Below, piece after piece: positions 1 to 12,878 of a stretch of 64,000 bases of DNA. Source of the DNA: Basidiobolus meristosporus CBS 931.73 (taxonomy: Eukaryota > Fungi > Basidiobolomycota); contig MCFE01000378.1 in NCBI GenBank assembly GCA_002104905.1, positions 20,295 through 84,294 of the forward strand. The letters are read 5' to 3'. Below the pieces are notes generated by a model. The model was not told the origin of the DNA and did not search any database. It saw only the letters and a list, made by a program, of their open reading frames with translations. Within the stretch, counting starts at the first letter, position 1; every line of letters starts with the position of its first letter. The position numbers and the translations under genes were made by a program.

Positions 1-665
1 TGTTTGCCCAAATATTCGTGCTCCGTTCACTACGAAGGATATCTTCATAGAAAAATGGAATTCAATGAGCATGGTGATCTTGCTAGTGACAGATCTTGGC
101 GGTAAAAAACCTATATGCTACTAACTCTATGAAATGAGTATTTACCATCTTGAATCTGAAGCAAACTCTACTTTGTATTGTGGGGGACCAGCTTGCGACT
201 GTACAAATACAAACCAACCCAACTTTACGTTAGTACAATACCTCTAATCGATTTTGAATCCTGATTATATATATCACTAAACTTACCAGCATGGGTCAGT
301 GTCCTGATCCTTTTGAGACTCAAAGTATGCAAAAAACAAAAGTCGGCCTGGCAATAGATTATCAGAAGCGAAAACATGTGTTTAGGGTAATTTGTGCGAT
401 TACGAGGCTATACCTCACAATATACTCTAACAGGTCTGAGGACAGGTCCGGATCGGCGACAGCCAATTTTTACTCCAAGCAAAAACCCGGAAGGAACTTT
501 TGGATTGGATCAACCAGATACAAGCGTCTATCAACATCGCCTCGCCTTTGGAATCAAGGGTAATCTTTCGAATTGTATTACCGAATTTTTGAGCGGATTA
601 TTGACAGCTCCATCTAGAGAATGCCCACATTTACCACCTCCCCCCAAGCTGTTCATGGTTTTTAA
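1..665 (+). CDS. PH-domain protein, 3' exons only (fungal YHR131C/EFA6-like PH type); 5' end lies outside the window
   Basis: Manual splicing across 4 short GT-AG introns gives HYEGYLHRKMEF..DRSWRKLYFVLWGTSLRLYK..SMQKTKVGLAIDYQKRKHVFRVRIGDSQFLLQAKTRKELLDWINQIQASINIASPLESRRMP..., a PH fold pattern with the C-terminal W helix. Stop TAA at 663-665. Confidence 0.75.
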
Positions 666-1087
666 GCCATCATTGGCGGTAAAGCTATGGGCCATCAAGT
701 TAGCTTCGCCTCAAAGCCGTGGCGCTATCCCCTTTGTTAGGAATATTTATATTGTGAATACACTTCAGTTTTCGAGGTAAACCTTGGGGGAAGCTGGGCC
801 CTCGAAGCCTTTGTATAATTCATTTCTTGTCGTTTGAAAATATGAATAAAATTTGGTATTATTTCCAATGAATTTGCACTGTTTAATCAAGCTTACAAAA
901 TACCTACAAACATGGCAGTTACTACGATAGCATATAGTTCATTATGGACCAATACAATTAAGCGGCTAGCATTTTGATGGTATTATTGATACTATTGGTA
1001 AAAATATCAGGGATTCGGCCGCCTTAGATTCTTGGGTATTTTGGCCCAACTCTCCAACACTTAGACTTTCTTTCTTTTATTCATCAC

Positions 1088-2119
1088 ATGAAACGTAAAG
1101 ATCAAGATTTAGAGTTTGATTTTTCTGAAGGTCTCGAACAGCCAAAAAGACGCAGAGGTGCTGTTAATCTCGATGGCTATGGCAGTGAGGCTTCAAGCTC
1201 CGATTCTGAAGAAGAAGAGGTAGCTCCTAATGCCGATAACAAGCTAGATATGAACGAAGTGGAGGGCGAAGTGTCTGATTCAAACTTTGATCTGAACGAA
1301 AATGGTGAACCGCTCATGGAGGCATTCAACATGAAAGAAGAATTAGAAGAAGGCTCCTTTGATTCTCAAGGAAACTATGTAAGAAACGATAAGGATCCAA
1401 ACGCATTCCATGACAATTGGTTAGAAGGGGTCACTAAAACCGATATGGAAAAAGCCAAAAAGGCTCAAGAAAAACAGGATGCCATTCGGCGCTCCGAACA
1501 AAATAAGGACATGCGGGACTCGAATCAATGGACCGTAGAAGAGCTACAAATGGAGATTTTAAACCTTATGCAACCCCATGAGACGGTTTTGAACGCTCTA
1601 TCAAGATTAAATGGCGGCAGAAAAAAAATATCGCGTAACCAGCAGCTTAAGAATAAGAAGAAGGGCAACGAAACCAAAACAGAATCAGCCGTAAGTAGCG
1701 CAGTCGAAGAGAAGAAAAAGAAAGCTATAGAGAGGATGACTGATCTTTGCGATCGCATGATGGCTGCTGGAAAGTTCAACATTTACGAGCAAACATATGA
1801 ACAGATCGTGCGCCTTTTGCGTATAGAGGAAAGAATTCCCGATGACTGGATTCCAGGCACACAATTGATTACAGCATTCAGTGAGTTACCCGATATTGAT
1901 ATAGACGATGGAGCTGCAGCCGACGCCGACATTGCCAACGAACTGTGGGAGTACAAGTGGGTTGGTGTAGATAACAATGATGGGACATATGGCCCGTACC
2001 CTACTTCTGAAATGAAGAGTTGGCAGGAGCAAGGGTTTTTTGACGGAGGTAACATTGTTGTTAGAAGAGCCGATCAGCCTGATGCCCAATTTGTTGACTT
2101 GAAATCTGTAAATTTCTGA
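1088..2119 (+). CDS. LIN1: U5 snRNP 52K / CD2BP2 / Lin1 protein with C-terminal GYF domain
   Basis: 343-aa intronless ORF with MEAFNMKEELEEGSFDSQGNYVR, DNWLEGV and GYF-domain WEYKW..YGPY..EMKSWQEQGFF motifs. Confidence 0.93.
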   Translation: MKRKDQDLEFDFSEGLEQPKRRRGAVNLDGYGSEASSSDSEEEEVAPNADNKLDMNEVEGEVSDSNFDLNENGEPLMEAFNMKEELEEGSFDSQGNYVRNDKDPNAFHDNWLEGVTKTDMEKAKKAQEKQDAIRRSEQNKDMRDSNQWTVEELQMEILNLMQPHETVLNALSRLNGGRKKISRNQQLKNKKKGNETKTESAVSSAVEEKKKKAIERMTDLCDRMMAAGKFNIYEQTYEQIVRLLRIEERIPDDWIPGTQLITAFSELPDIDIDDGAAADADIANELWEYKWVGVDNNDGTYGPYPTSEMKSWQEQGFFDGGNIVVRRADQPDAQFVDLKSVNF

Positions 2120-2139
2120 CCACATATCTACCACTTATT

Positions 2140-3900
2140 ACCGAAACAATATTACCTGGATTCTAGCAATGCTGGATAATATAACCACCAAGGTGGATGG
2201 TATGAACTGTTGCTGGCATAAAGGGAGAGGGGGTGTATATCATTGGGCCGCCTGCCTATGGTAAAGCAAAGATGTCACCTACATGGTGCTTGTGTGCACC
2301 AAATAAATTATTATTGACCCTAAAGGCAATTATGATGACAAGAGACAAACTGGTAACATGCCACAAAGCCACAAACTTTGGCTGTGAGAGGGATTGTTGA
2401 AGAGCGGATCAGTTGGGTTCTTCAGCCGGACGTATCTGTGATGGTAGTTGTTATCTGATACCTGTTCAGCAATCTCACCTATTCCATCTCGGGAATTTTG
2501 GAAAAGTTGGTTGACAAATGCTGACACAGATTGGCACCAGTCACCGAAATCGATTTCCATCGAGAGGTCTGTGAATATTCCAACCATCTAAGCTGTTGCT
2601 TGATGACCCAAAAGGTGAGGTGAGACGACGCAACAGCCTTAGGATCCAATAATACCATCTTCAGGACTGTCTAACAATGGGAAGATATTTCTGTTAGTGT
2701 CATGGGTCTGAGCCTCTTGTGATACCGGAACGGCGTATTTCCAGATACGCCAAGAATGTTGGTTGATTTTCTCATCATTCAAGCCAAGAGGTGCCGAATA
2801 GTCCGCAGATCCCCAAGTCGCATACAGTCCTCACCTACCTTGAATGTACGCCACCGACATTCATCCGAAATTCTCTATTCTTTGTCAAATGGTTGTACAC
2901 GTTTTACAAACCGACCTCCCTACTGATGGCGGTCAAATCTTGAAGCTACCCATCCAATCCAGTGGACTTATTCCATCGCTCAGATATATCCGCCACCAGA
3001 TCTGTAAACGCATCGATCATGGTGTTTGGAGTACACGGGCAAAGCTAGGCATGGTCAGATCAGCCTTTCATCGCATTGATGCGATTCGAGATGATAAGCA
3101 AAGTAATCCCAAGACCTAACGGATGGCTAAAACATCAATCTATGTGTCTCCATCAACCACCTTCCCAATTGAGGAATAGGAGATAGCCCAAAAGCCAAAT
3201 ACGAGATTGGCAAGGCTGTAGAACGTCGCTAATGAAGATCAATGATGTATGTTTAGTCATGCTAGACAGCCCAAAGGAAGTAGCGCCTCGAATGAATCTT
3301 GAATCAGTAACACCTGGAGCAAAGTATGTATGTGAGATCCATCGAACTAATCCATTCATGGGGTAATAAGAAAGAACCCAAGCGCAGTCAATACAGAATC
3401 TTGAACGCACGTCATTGGCTTGTATCTCGTTCAGAGTTGATTGATCTCTAATTTAGAAACCTACATGGCAGCAGATCACATGAAGCGTGAGCTGGCGATA
3501 ATATGGGAGTTGGGGGAATATGCATAGCCTCGAGTGAGCTTAATAGGCTAGGCATTGCAGAGAACACCTACTTCTCTGCTGGCTATCCAACACTACAGAT
3601 GACTGATAAGGATGACGTATAGTCAGCGACAACTCCTGACAAAGTGGGATTCGCGATTCGACAATTGCGGATTTGAAACTGCGGTCGAACACAACAAATG
3701 TATTATGCAACACGTTAACAACGTTCCACGCCAACATGGATGATTCATTCAACATTCTCGTGCCAACAATTCACTACATTCGTATTTTACATGATACTGG
3801 AGGGGAGGACAACTCGTGGATGGCATGAACACAAGCCAGGTCTTATCCGGATCATATTCGATGGTTTTCTACAGACACTGAATGGGGTCGATGGATTTGA
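2140..3900 (-). other. Gene-like, CpG-rich stretch with splice signals but no continuous reading frame (unassigned gene or pseudogene)
   Basis: One clean 55-nt intron (GTATCA..CACTAAC..TTGTTAG) joins GLYATWGSADYSAPLG..WKYAVP to TVLKMVLLDPK..IPEME* in frame, but upstream frames contain stops and no family was recognised. Confidence 0.25.
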
Positions 3901-3947
3901 ATTTACCGTTAAAAACAGGAGCTCTATCCTAATTAGAGTTACCCACG

Positions 3948-5002
3948 TTAGACCACCTCGTAAGCAGGTGGTAATGGGCATGTAGAGCCAATTGAGTTGT
4001 AAGCCGGTGGTGCTAGTGTCACCTCGCTGAACTCCAATGGTTGTACAACAATGGGAAAGCGGTGAATAACAGTGTCTAGGACAAGGCCGCCTTGGGAAAT
4101 GCAGAATTTCACGACAAGTTTGTGGCTGACCTCGATGTGATCCGGACCACAGTCACTCTTGACAGAATCGGGTACCTGAACATGGATGGTTGCCTCCCAG
4201 TCGCTTACATTTTCCGGGCGTGAATAATCCTGGGCGAGGTCGGAAAGCCTTTTGCTCTGGACTGAAGGGCGGACGAAGCTTGCACTACGATAGATCGTAT
4301 ATTCACGCATGCTCGCATGAATTCTATCCACCTCTAGAAGTGGATCGGTTATGTAGAAGTGGAACGTAACAGGAAACGTTTCACCAGGGGCAAAGGTGGT
4401 GGAGGGAATGGCGGCTTCGTAATACATCCGCGATGCCCACGTTCCCGATATCATGGTGTTTGGAGAATCGGTGAATTCTAGCGTAGAGGGAAGTGGTACT
4501 CGATGGATGACCAGGGGACGGGAGATTTTAGTTGTACGATGAAAACCAGGCCTTTCAAGAACAGCGTACAGTTTGTAGATGATTTTTCCATGGGAAACCT
4601 TGACGCTTTCTGGCAGTTTTCCGCTCAACGGATACTCAAAATCGTACTGATATCTCCCCTCCTCAAGGGTATGTAGCTGGTGCGAGCGCTCAAGGATAGG
4701 CCATGTTTGATCTATTAATGACTCCTCCCTCCTAGGCATATCTAGGAAACGAGTTTCATTAGCAGCTGCATTGCTCGGGCATGACATGACATTGAACCTT
4801 TCATACCGCTATTCATCTTAAGCTTTAGCTTCCCCTTAAGTCTTAGAAAAAGTGTCTTCACCTTTGTTTCTTTCTCCAGGTTTACTTTCAAAGTACCGCG
4901 AAGAGCACAGCCAACCGATTGGTCTGCTGTGCCATGCATGGTAAGTGTGTCCTCATTCAGAACGATTTCAAGCATATTAGATGGTTGTATATTCTCCTGC
5001 AT
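3948..5002 (-). CDS. Alpha-arrestin (ART/Rod1/CreD-like ubiquitin-ligase adaptor)
   Basis: ORFs 4742..5002 and 3948..4787 are joined by one intron (GTATGA..CTAAT..TAG). Arrestin-N (LRGTLKVNL, YQYDFEYPL, GKIIYKLYA) and arrestin-C folds; two C-terminal PY motifs (PPAY twice). Confidence 0.9.
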
Positions 5003-7450
5003 GTTGGTTGTTTCGGTTTACGAGAAAAGGGCTCAACAGTCTTGGCTCCTCGGTACTAAGGAGTAGAGAGTAAACAATGGGGGGCTGCCTGACAAAGATC
5101 GGGAGTAGAATGGAAGAGCTTACAAAGTCAAACTTGCCAATGAATGGGCTTTCAATTTATATTCGAGTGCTTGGAATTTCGCCGCTATACCAAACAATTG
5201 TGACGGCCCATCTTTTCCAACTGGAAAAACTGTATAGTTCAGCCGCGGAATTCTGATTGGTACGAGGCTGACTGGTTTGCTGAGGCCGAGAGTTTATCCT
5301 TGCAGGCTAGTTTTATCTCAAATCAAGAAATAACCGAGTAGTAATTACTAAGACAAACACGACAAACATGAGAAATATCTGGCTCCATTTCAATTCTACA
5401 GCCCCTATTAGCTCAAAGCTATATAATCCTCTGATTCTATCAACAAATCTCTCGAGCGATGGCTCACGATAGGGATTTAAACTGTTTTGGGTATGAGCTT
5501 GGTAAATCATAAGGAAGCTGCTGCTCTCTATGATACACCAACCCAGTCGCTCTCCAAGAAAGGAAGGCCGACGAAATCACGTTCACCATGAGATTTGACC
5601 AATGGGTTGGCGAGAAGCGATGCGGTACCTGCAAAAACAGCTAGCAATTTGGGAAAGGTCACAGAGTGGTTGCCTCATATCTAGGTCACCCACTATCTAC
5701 ATCATTGCCCATTAGCGAAAAAATGGATTTAACCAATCATTGGTCGTTGGAGAGGATGTTTTTAGTCTAGTGCATAGGATTCAATTGACTCAAGGTGGTG
5801 ACACGGCCCACTCTACAGTTTAGATTGGGAACAGAAATAAAAGCAAATCATAAATGGATCAAAAACCCTGGAGAAGTCTCAAGCTGTGCCTTCCTCATTT
5901 TTTTCTATTAGACATATCTAACATATCCGCAATTTCCATATCTCAATGGACCTTGGCTCTAACTCCCAGCAACTTCAGCAGAGTTGCGCCGAATAACTCT
6001 TATATACACTTGGCTTACAGGCACAACCACTGCCTTGTAAATTTACTGTCTTAGCTAGGGTGCCGTGGGTTAGCCAAGCATTTGTAGCCACCAAACTATT
6101 TGTTGTGAGTCTTGATTGCTCCACCCTTAGATATAGGCTTTAGGAGTGGGTGTGGGCCTTCACAATATCACAGGTTACAGTATACTATCAGAAAACCCTA
6201 TGATTATGCTAAAAGGTGATGGGTGGGTTTAGAGTTACCAGCATACTGGCTAAGGAGCAGGAGACAACAACCTATGTAACACAAGGACTTACTCTATGCC
6301 CGAAGAAAACCAATGCCAGGATTATGTAGCATTCTATTAAAGGACGTAAAGCAAATCTATCTCCACGAAAGCCGAGCTTTTTTGGTGCATCTGCTAAAAT
6401 TGGAGGGTGTCCGGCATCTACAGACCCATTGTTGAAACAACCAGCGTCATTGTATGAAAATAACCCTCAGAAAACTGGATTCCATCAAAATCACTTACGC
6501 AACCATGAGACGCCTATACTGTGAGGATTGATTTGAAGACTAATGCTTAGCTTCTGGAATGAATTGCTCGATTCCAGTTTTCTGAACCGTTGCTTTTTCA
6601 GATCAGAAAGATGATTCGCCTTGTGCTGATGTATGTTTCAAACAATGTACTTTGAAATGTGGATGTACGGCATTGGCAATTAGGCTTCAGAAACGACACC
6701 TCGTGATTCACATGGCCGCAAGATGATTGGCGAATTAGTCTCATGTGAGGTGTGAAGAGCCAACGAGCTTCCTCGTTAGCATACTCCAAGCTGCGTAATT
6801 TGCTGATATGCAAGATAAGTTGAAACCTAATAGCATTCTATCAAAGAGTTTTGGTCACATAGTAGAGATACGTTCTAACATTGTCCGTGCATTATCTATG
6901 CATAACAATTAGCTCGGAAGCAGGCCAAGCTGAATTTAAGTACGCACTTCCGATGATGGCTAAGGTCTGGTTATTTCACAAGCACCATATTGACTTGGGC
7001 CTCGTCTTCTCTTCATGCTACGATCCAACTCTTGCATACGACAGATACCTTTCCCAGCTTGTTGATCAAACTGCAAAGAGTACACGAATAGTTGGTGCTT
7101 GCGCACCAGGTGTATGCACAAGAAATGGGGCCACCAAGAATAGTCGATATTTCCCTATGCAGAATAATCAGTCCTCTTTGTCATCCTAGCCAATCATCCT
7201 GTGTCCACTGAAGATACGAGAGGCTCCCTAGTCTTAGAACACTAATTTTCCCTTAACTGGCTACCTCCGATCCAATCAGGTGGACTGGTTAGGATCTGGT
7301 GGACGGTAGGGAGGGGAAGATTCATCGCCTGTACAACCGTAATTGGCTGGCCTTGATCTAGTTTCATTACAACAGCCAAGTATTTAAGAGGAGGAAGGCA
7401 TCCATGACACATTCGCCAACTGCACACTTTTTCTTATCTAGTATCTTATA

Positions 7451-7717
7451 ATGGAAAATTATAGCAACGATTATCATAATAGCGACAATTGGCACGAGGA
7501 CGGCTCTCTCACGCGCTCACTCTCCTCCATGCTAAAACCCTACATGTCGGAGGAGTCCCTGTCCGATATCGCCTTGGAGGGCCTTCGTGGCTCCTTATCC
7601 TCCTCGGATTTCTCCCAGTACAAGCATACTGATGTTGAGCCAGAAGAAGAGGAGAAGACCACATCCAATCTGGATATCTTTCTTGTTTTAACCCTTGGAG
7701 CCGCTCTTTTGCTCTAG
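7451..7717 (+). CDS. Small acidic ORF ending in one hydrophobic segment (tail-anchored-like, or a truncated 5' end of a transporter)
   Basis: 88 aa, coding-like codon use, acidic N-terminus followed by IFLVLTLGAALLL*. Followed by a CpG-poor stretch with no downstream exon found. Confidence 0.3.
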   Translation: MENYSNDYHNSDNWHEDGSLTRSLSSMLKPYMSEESLSDIALEGLRGSLSSSDFSQYKHTDVEPEEEEKTTSNLDIFLVLTLGAALLL

Positions 7718-8695
7718 AAGGCCGACTTCACCAAGTTATCTCTATCTGAATATCTCAATATTTGGTTCTGTACATACCTCTAAACTATCCGTGCTTTCTC
7801 AAATTCATCAAACTTAACTCATTAAACTTGCTAATAGCTAAATCCGATGGCATTCGGATTTACCTTTATATCCAAGTAGTAAACAATGATGCCACAAGGT
7901 TGAGTTCTGGTCAACTTTGTGAACTATGGCTGTTGGCGGTGATGAGAGGTTGAGGAGTATATATCTCCCAACCACGGTGATTCATGTTTGATTTATGACA
8001 ATTGGACCTTTGTCACCAACTTGCTTCTTGTTTTCAACACCTCCAACGCTTCGGCTGGTCGAAGCACTTCTACGTGCCGACTGTTATCATCTCTGGTGAG
8101 GGCAATGGAAAACAAATATCAAGGTAGATGATATTGGTGTAACAAAACCGCTCGTTCGCCTATATCGTGCAATGTGGGACTAGAAGATTTTCTGCTCGCT
8201 GATTCATCTGGTCCATTGGCATCAAACATGGTCTATAATCTCTGGTGTCATGACAATTCTCATGGCCAAATGTGGTAGTCGAGCTCATATAAATGGTGAA
8301 TGGTTAATGGTCCAAGGTAATAATTTGAGTTTATTTTGGGTTGCAGGCCAATTAGAACCTGACCAAATGCTCGTAATTTGATATGGGTTTCTATTTAAAT
8401 ACGCTTGTCTTTTCCCCAGGTATCATAATACTAATTTTAGCTGCCTGATCTCATATTGATCCAATGATATCATTGATAGTCTCTGTATGATTCGTATTTA
8501 GAGCACAATATAACAGTGTGAGCAAGTCATCCAGAAATATTTTATTGCTTCTTGCAAGTTGACCAAGCTCAACAGAGTCAGTGATACAGTCGGTACTTGA
8601 GATATTCGGGGCAGAATCTATTCCAACTCAGTATTGGAGGTTGGGTTCAATTAATTCACTTTGACCAGGGCGACTGAAAATCGCGGCATGCTACC

Positions 8696-11600
8696 ATGAC
8701 CACACTTGATACTGCCAAAAATTATTCGTCAACTATCGTTGGTGTTGGGACACAGCTAGCGCTTACAACTGCCGTTTCAGCATTCAGTTTTGCAGCATTT
8801 GAGGTCCATCGACGGTGGAAATTAACAAAGCATCTCTATATAAATAGGTGTACTTTAGAAAAGTCAGCAATTTCAACTATTTTTTCAAGCGTCCCACTCT
8901 CGTTAACCTGAATCTATTATTGTTTTTGAAACTTTTAGGAACCCGAGTCCACTTCCTTCAGAAGCTCCTTTCGGCTGGATATGGACAACCATGACTTTGA
9001 ACGAGGAGTTCTACTTGTCACATGTCGGTCTAGATGCTGCAATGTACATACGATATCTTAAAATGGCTTTTCAGCTAATGTTATTTAGTTCCATAATTAT
9101 TGGCTCGATAGTACTGCCGTTAAATTTTTTTGCTCAGGAAACGACCTTAAACCAGATAGAGAAAGTGTCCATAGGCAACATACCGGTGGGATCCAAAATG
9201 CTTTGGGTGCACTGGATTATGACCCATTTTTTCTCATTTTATGTTCTCTATCTATTGTACAAAAACAGCAAAGATCAGGCTTTCCTTCGCATTCAGTATC
9301 TGCAATCTCAGGCTCGGAAAGGATGCATCCATACCCGTACCGTAATGGTCACTCACATCCCGGAAACGCTTAGACACGAGCAGCGGTTAAGGGTGTACTT
9401 CGACAGCCTGGGCGCCGGAAATGTAGAGTCGGTTGTTTTTGTTCGACGGGTTAGCAAACTCACCCGTAAAATCAAAAGAAGAAACGAGGCACTGAAGCAA
9501 TTGGAGCGCTGTCACCAGAGATTGGCTCGCGGTTTGATTGACGATCTGAAGAGCAAAGGTATTCGAGCATTCGATCATTATGATCTTACTTCCGAAAAAA
9601 GCAGCAAGCTTGGCGAGATTGTGAGCAAGATTTTACCGTTAGTTGAAAACAAGAGGCAGTCAAAGAGGTCACCTTTACCCACGATCAACCTAGAAGGTAC
9701 ATATCCAGACTTGTGGGAGTTGATATGTCGAATTGATCGCGTGCTTCTCGACAAATACCAAACCAAACACAACCTGGGGGTTTTTCATACTGGGCCACCG
9801 GTAGTGACCATAGATTATATGTTGAAGAGATTCAACAAGCTCGAGCACCGAGTAGCAGAGTTGCGGTCCTTGACTGAGAGTGCCAGCTACTATAAGCCCA
9901 CTAGCACCGCCTTTTTGACATTCGAAACACAGGTCTCCGCCCAGTTGTGCGCCCAAAGCATTGTATCTTCGAAGCCGGAAACTTGCCACACGAAAATGGC
10001 ACCGGAGCCTCGAGATCTGTTATGGTCCAATCTAACATATAACTCCCAACACAAACTTTTACGGAGATTTCTGGTCAACTGTAGTGTGTGGTAAGTCAAC
10101 GTAGCAATACTTTCATGGTTGAAGGTGAGATTAACCTGGCTCTGATCAAGGGCTCTGACTATCTTGTGGCTCTTCCCATCCACATACTTTGTTAGTTTTG
10201 CGTCTTACAACAAGGTCGTTGAGAAATTGCCTTGGATAAAGATCATTGAAACGGGAAGCCCTTGGATCAAGAACCTGATTGAAACCATGCTTCCATCCAT
10301 CTTAATATCGCTCTTCATGATTGCAATGCCAAATATAATACTAGGTAAAGTACATCTCTGGCCGGATGTGTATGCCTCCAGCGAGTGGGTTTTGAATGAC
10401 ATTTTGCTTTCTATGTACAGGAATCTCCTCCTTTGAGAGCTTTCCATCTTATTCTCAACTAGAGATGGCGTCCATTAATCGTTATTACCGCTTTGCGATT
10501 TTCAATGTTCTATTCGTGTTTCTTTTGGGATTTGCATTCATTGATGTAATCCTCGCCGTCATTCAATCGCCTACGAGTATTGTTGAAGTTTTGGCTAATA
10601 ACATCCCCAAGGTACCGTTTATATGCCATGACTATAGAATATTAACCATCCAGCCTAACAAACTTGGAACTCTAGGGCGCAGCGTTCTTTATTAATTACG
10701 TTATTCTTCAAACATGCTCTCATGGGCTTGAGATCCTTCAAGTAGGGGCGCCTTTGTTTCATTGCTACGCTTTTGCCAATTCTTGGGTTTGTAAAACACC
10801 TCGTGAATTGCAAACCCGTCGAAAGCCATGGGCATTTCCTTACTACTATTATCTTCCGATGCACCTCCTGATCCTTGTCATCTGCATCACCTATTCCATT
10901 ATCAATCCGCTGATCCTGTTTTTCGGCGCGATATATTTTGGAATCGCGCTAGTGGTGTACAAATATCAGTTTGCGTACGCCTACGTTAAATCTTACGAAG
11001 CAAATGGGAAGATCTGGAAGTACATCTTTCGCTACATAAGTCATGGGCTTGTTATTTTCCAGCTGACCATGTTAGGAGTCATTTCGTTGAGGAATTCATT
11101 TGTATCTGGAATGACGTTGATCCCTCTACTTGGGTGCACTATATATTTTGTTTATTACTGCCAGAGCACCTATCGTGAGCATACGAAATACGTACCTCTG
11201 GACGCTCTATACGAGCGTGAGGAAGCCATGGAAATGATGCATTCTAATACTATTCAGTCCGCTACCACATGCACTGAGAATGGGTCCTCAAGCTCGTCAG
11301 ATCCTGGAAAGCAAAAATCTGTCATGACTTTACAGAGCCCAGTCACACCCACCTCACCCTTGGAAAATCGAGAACATCATCGTTCATACAAAGAGAAACA
11401 GGCCGAAAATGAGGATTCCAGCATCCCTGGTATATCTGTACCCAAACGTCGGAGGCGCTACCCTGGTGATTTTGGCAAAATGTCTGCTGCAGGCACCTAT
11501 CCTTCACTACCCGACAGCCCATACAGTTATAAGCATTTCGACTATAATGCTAAATCACCAGTGAAGCAAAAACTTCTCAAAATCCAAAACCAGATATTCT

Positions 11601-12316
11601 CCAATCCACTCCTTTCGCTCCTGTGGCAACCAACCAACGACCAAGTCAATTGTATCGACGGTGGCCCCAGCGACCCTCGAGAGGTGTTGCCCATCTCCGT
11701 TCTTCCAAATCGAGAAACTCACCAAGATGACACTAATCCATTCGAGACGTACCTTCATCCTGATCTAATAAGGCCCCTACCCCGCTCTCTTTGGCTTCCA
11801 CGAAACCCTTATCGCCATCTCTATGATCTAGATAATGAAGTGCGCGATCTGGATGCGGCCATCACGTCCTCCACATTTGTGCCATCAACCATGGGAGGTG
11901 ATTCTACACTTGGATTTGGAGAACGCACAGTTCCCGCCATTCGTCGAAATCATCCCTCTCGAGAGACCCATACTGGTAGCAAGCTTCCTGCTCTTTTCAA
12001 CTCCGTTCGCTCCGTCGCAGCCAGATCTATCATCACTCAGCGATCATTTGAAGTTTCGAAGTTGCGAGGGGAGCCGTCAGATGCATCCGGATCCACGGTG
12101 ACTAGCAAGAGCAGACCAGCCTCTGGGCTGATTAATTTACTTCGAACATTCTCGTCCAAAGCATCTCTGGAGAATGTAAACGCAAGCAGAACACGGTCGA
12201 TCAATTTGACCGAGTTTCCCGAGCATTACAGTGACGGCCCACTTAGTGAATACGGCTCCAAGATTGAGGAGAACTATTCGCCGAGAAGCTCCATTTCGAG
12301 TGGAAGGAGCGTATAG
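8696..12316 (+). CDS. OSCA/TMEM63 (CSC1/RSN1/PHM7 family) calcium-permeable mechanosensitive channel, multi-exon
   Basis: ORFs 8696, 8991, 10164, 10396 and 10754 splice together. Motifs GLDAAMYIRYLKM, HTRTVMVTHIP, TAFLTFETQ, APEPRDLLWSNL, VVYKYQFAYAY, plus a long disordered C-tail. Confidence 0.95.
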
Positions 12317-12878
12317 TTTGATAGCCCGGGCGTCAGCCTATCCACCCTCATATTCTTGGGAGCCTTAGAGACTTTTAAATATTGACCATTGTAAAGTATA
12401 ACGGGGGGAGTGAATCCAGTTTTTCGCATTTATGTAGTCAGTAATCATTTTTGGAGCTTAATAAATGTATCATCTAATATATTCCCCCTGTCGACCAAAA
12501 CAACTTTGTCTAAGCCTCATCACCCTTCGCTTGATGACTAGCCTTGCATGTCGGAATCACCAAGAGCCACCAGTTCGCAACGGCAATAACTAGTCTCTGC
12601 TGACATCATTCCATGGGGTGTACTGGACAACTCCACTAAGTACCTGTTGAAGATGGCAACAAGACTATTCAGGTTGTTATGTGAATTAACCACCCACCAT
12701 ACGTGGTAACTACGGTTACCATATATGCATCACCGACTCTGTGATGCACCCATATAGCAATTAGGTTCCACACAGCGGTTTCAGTCGAATTGGTCTTGAA
12801 AAAGAAGAGCTTCCGATTCCTGAGTGCATCCAGGCATAGGGTTTTTAGTACTGCGTATTCATTTCTCCTTCGATTGTC

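Noticed and set aside
5850-7230. Exon-like fragments on the minus strand (e.g. SKLRSLEYANEEARWLF, GFRGDRFALRPLIECY)
   Set aside because: Could not be assembled into a stop-free model or assigned to a family; possibly a decayed gene.
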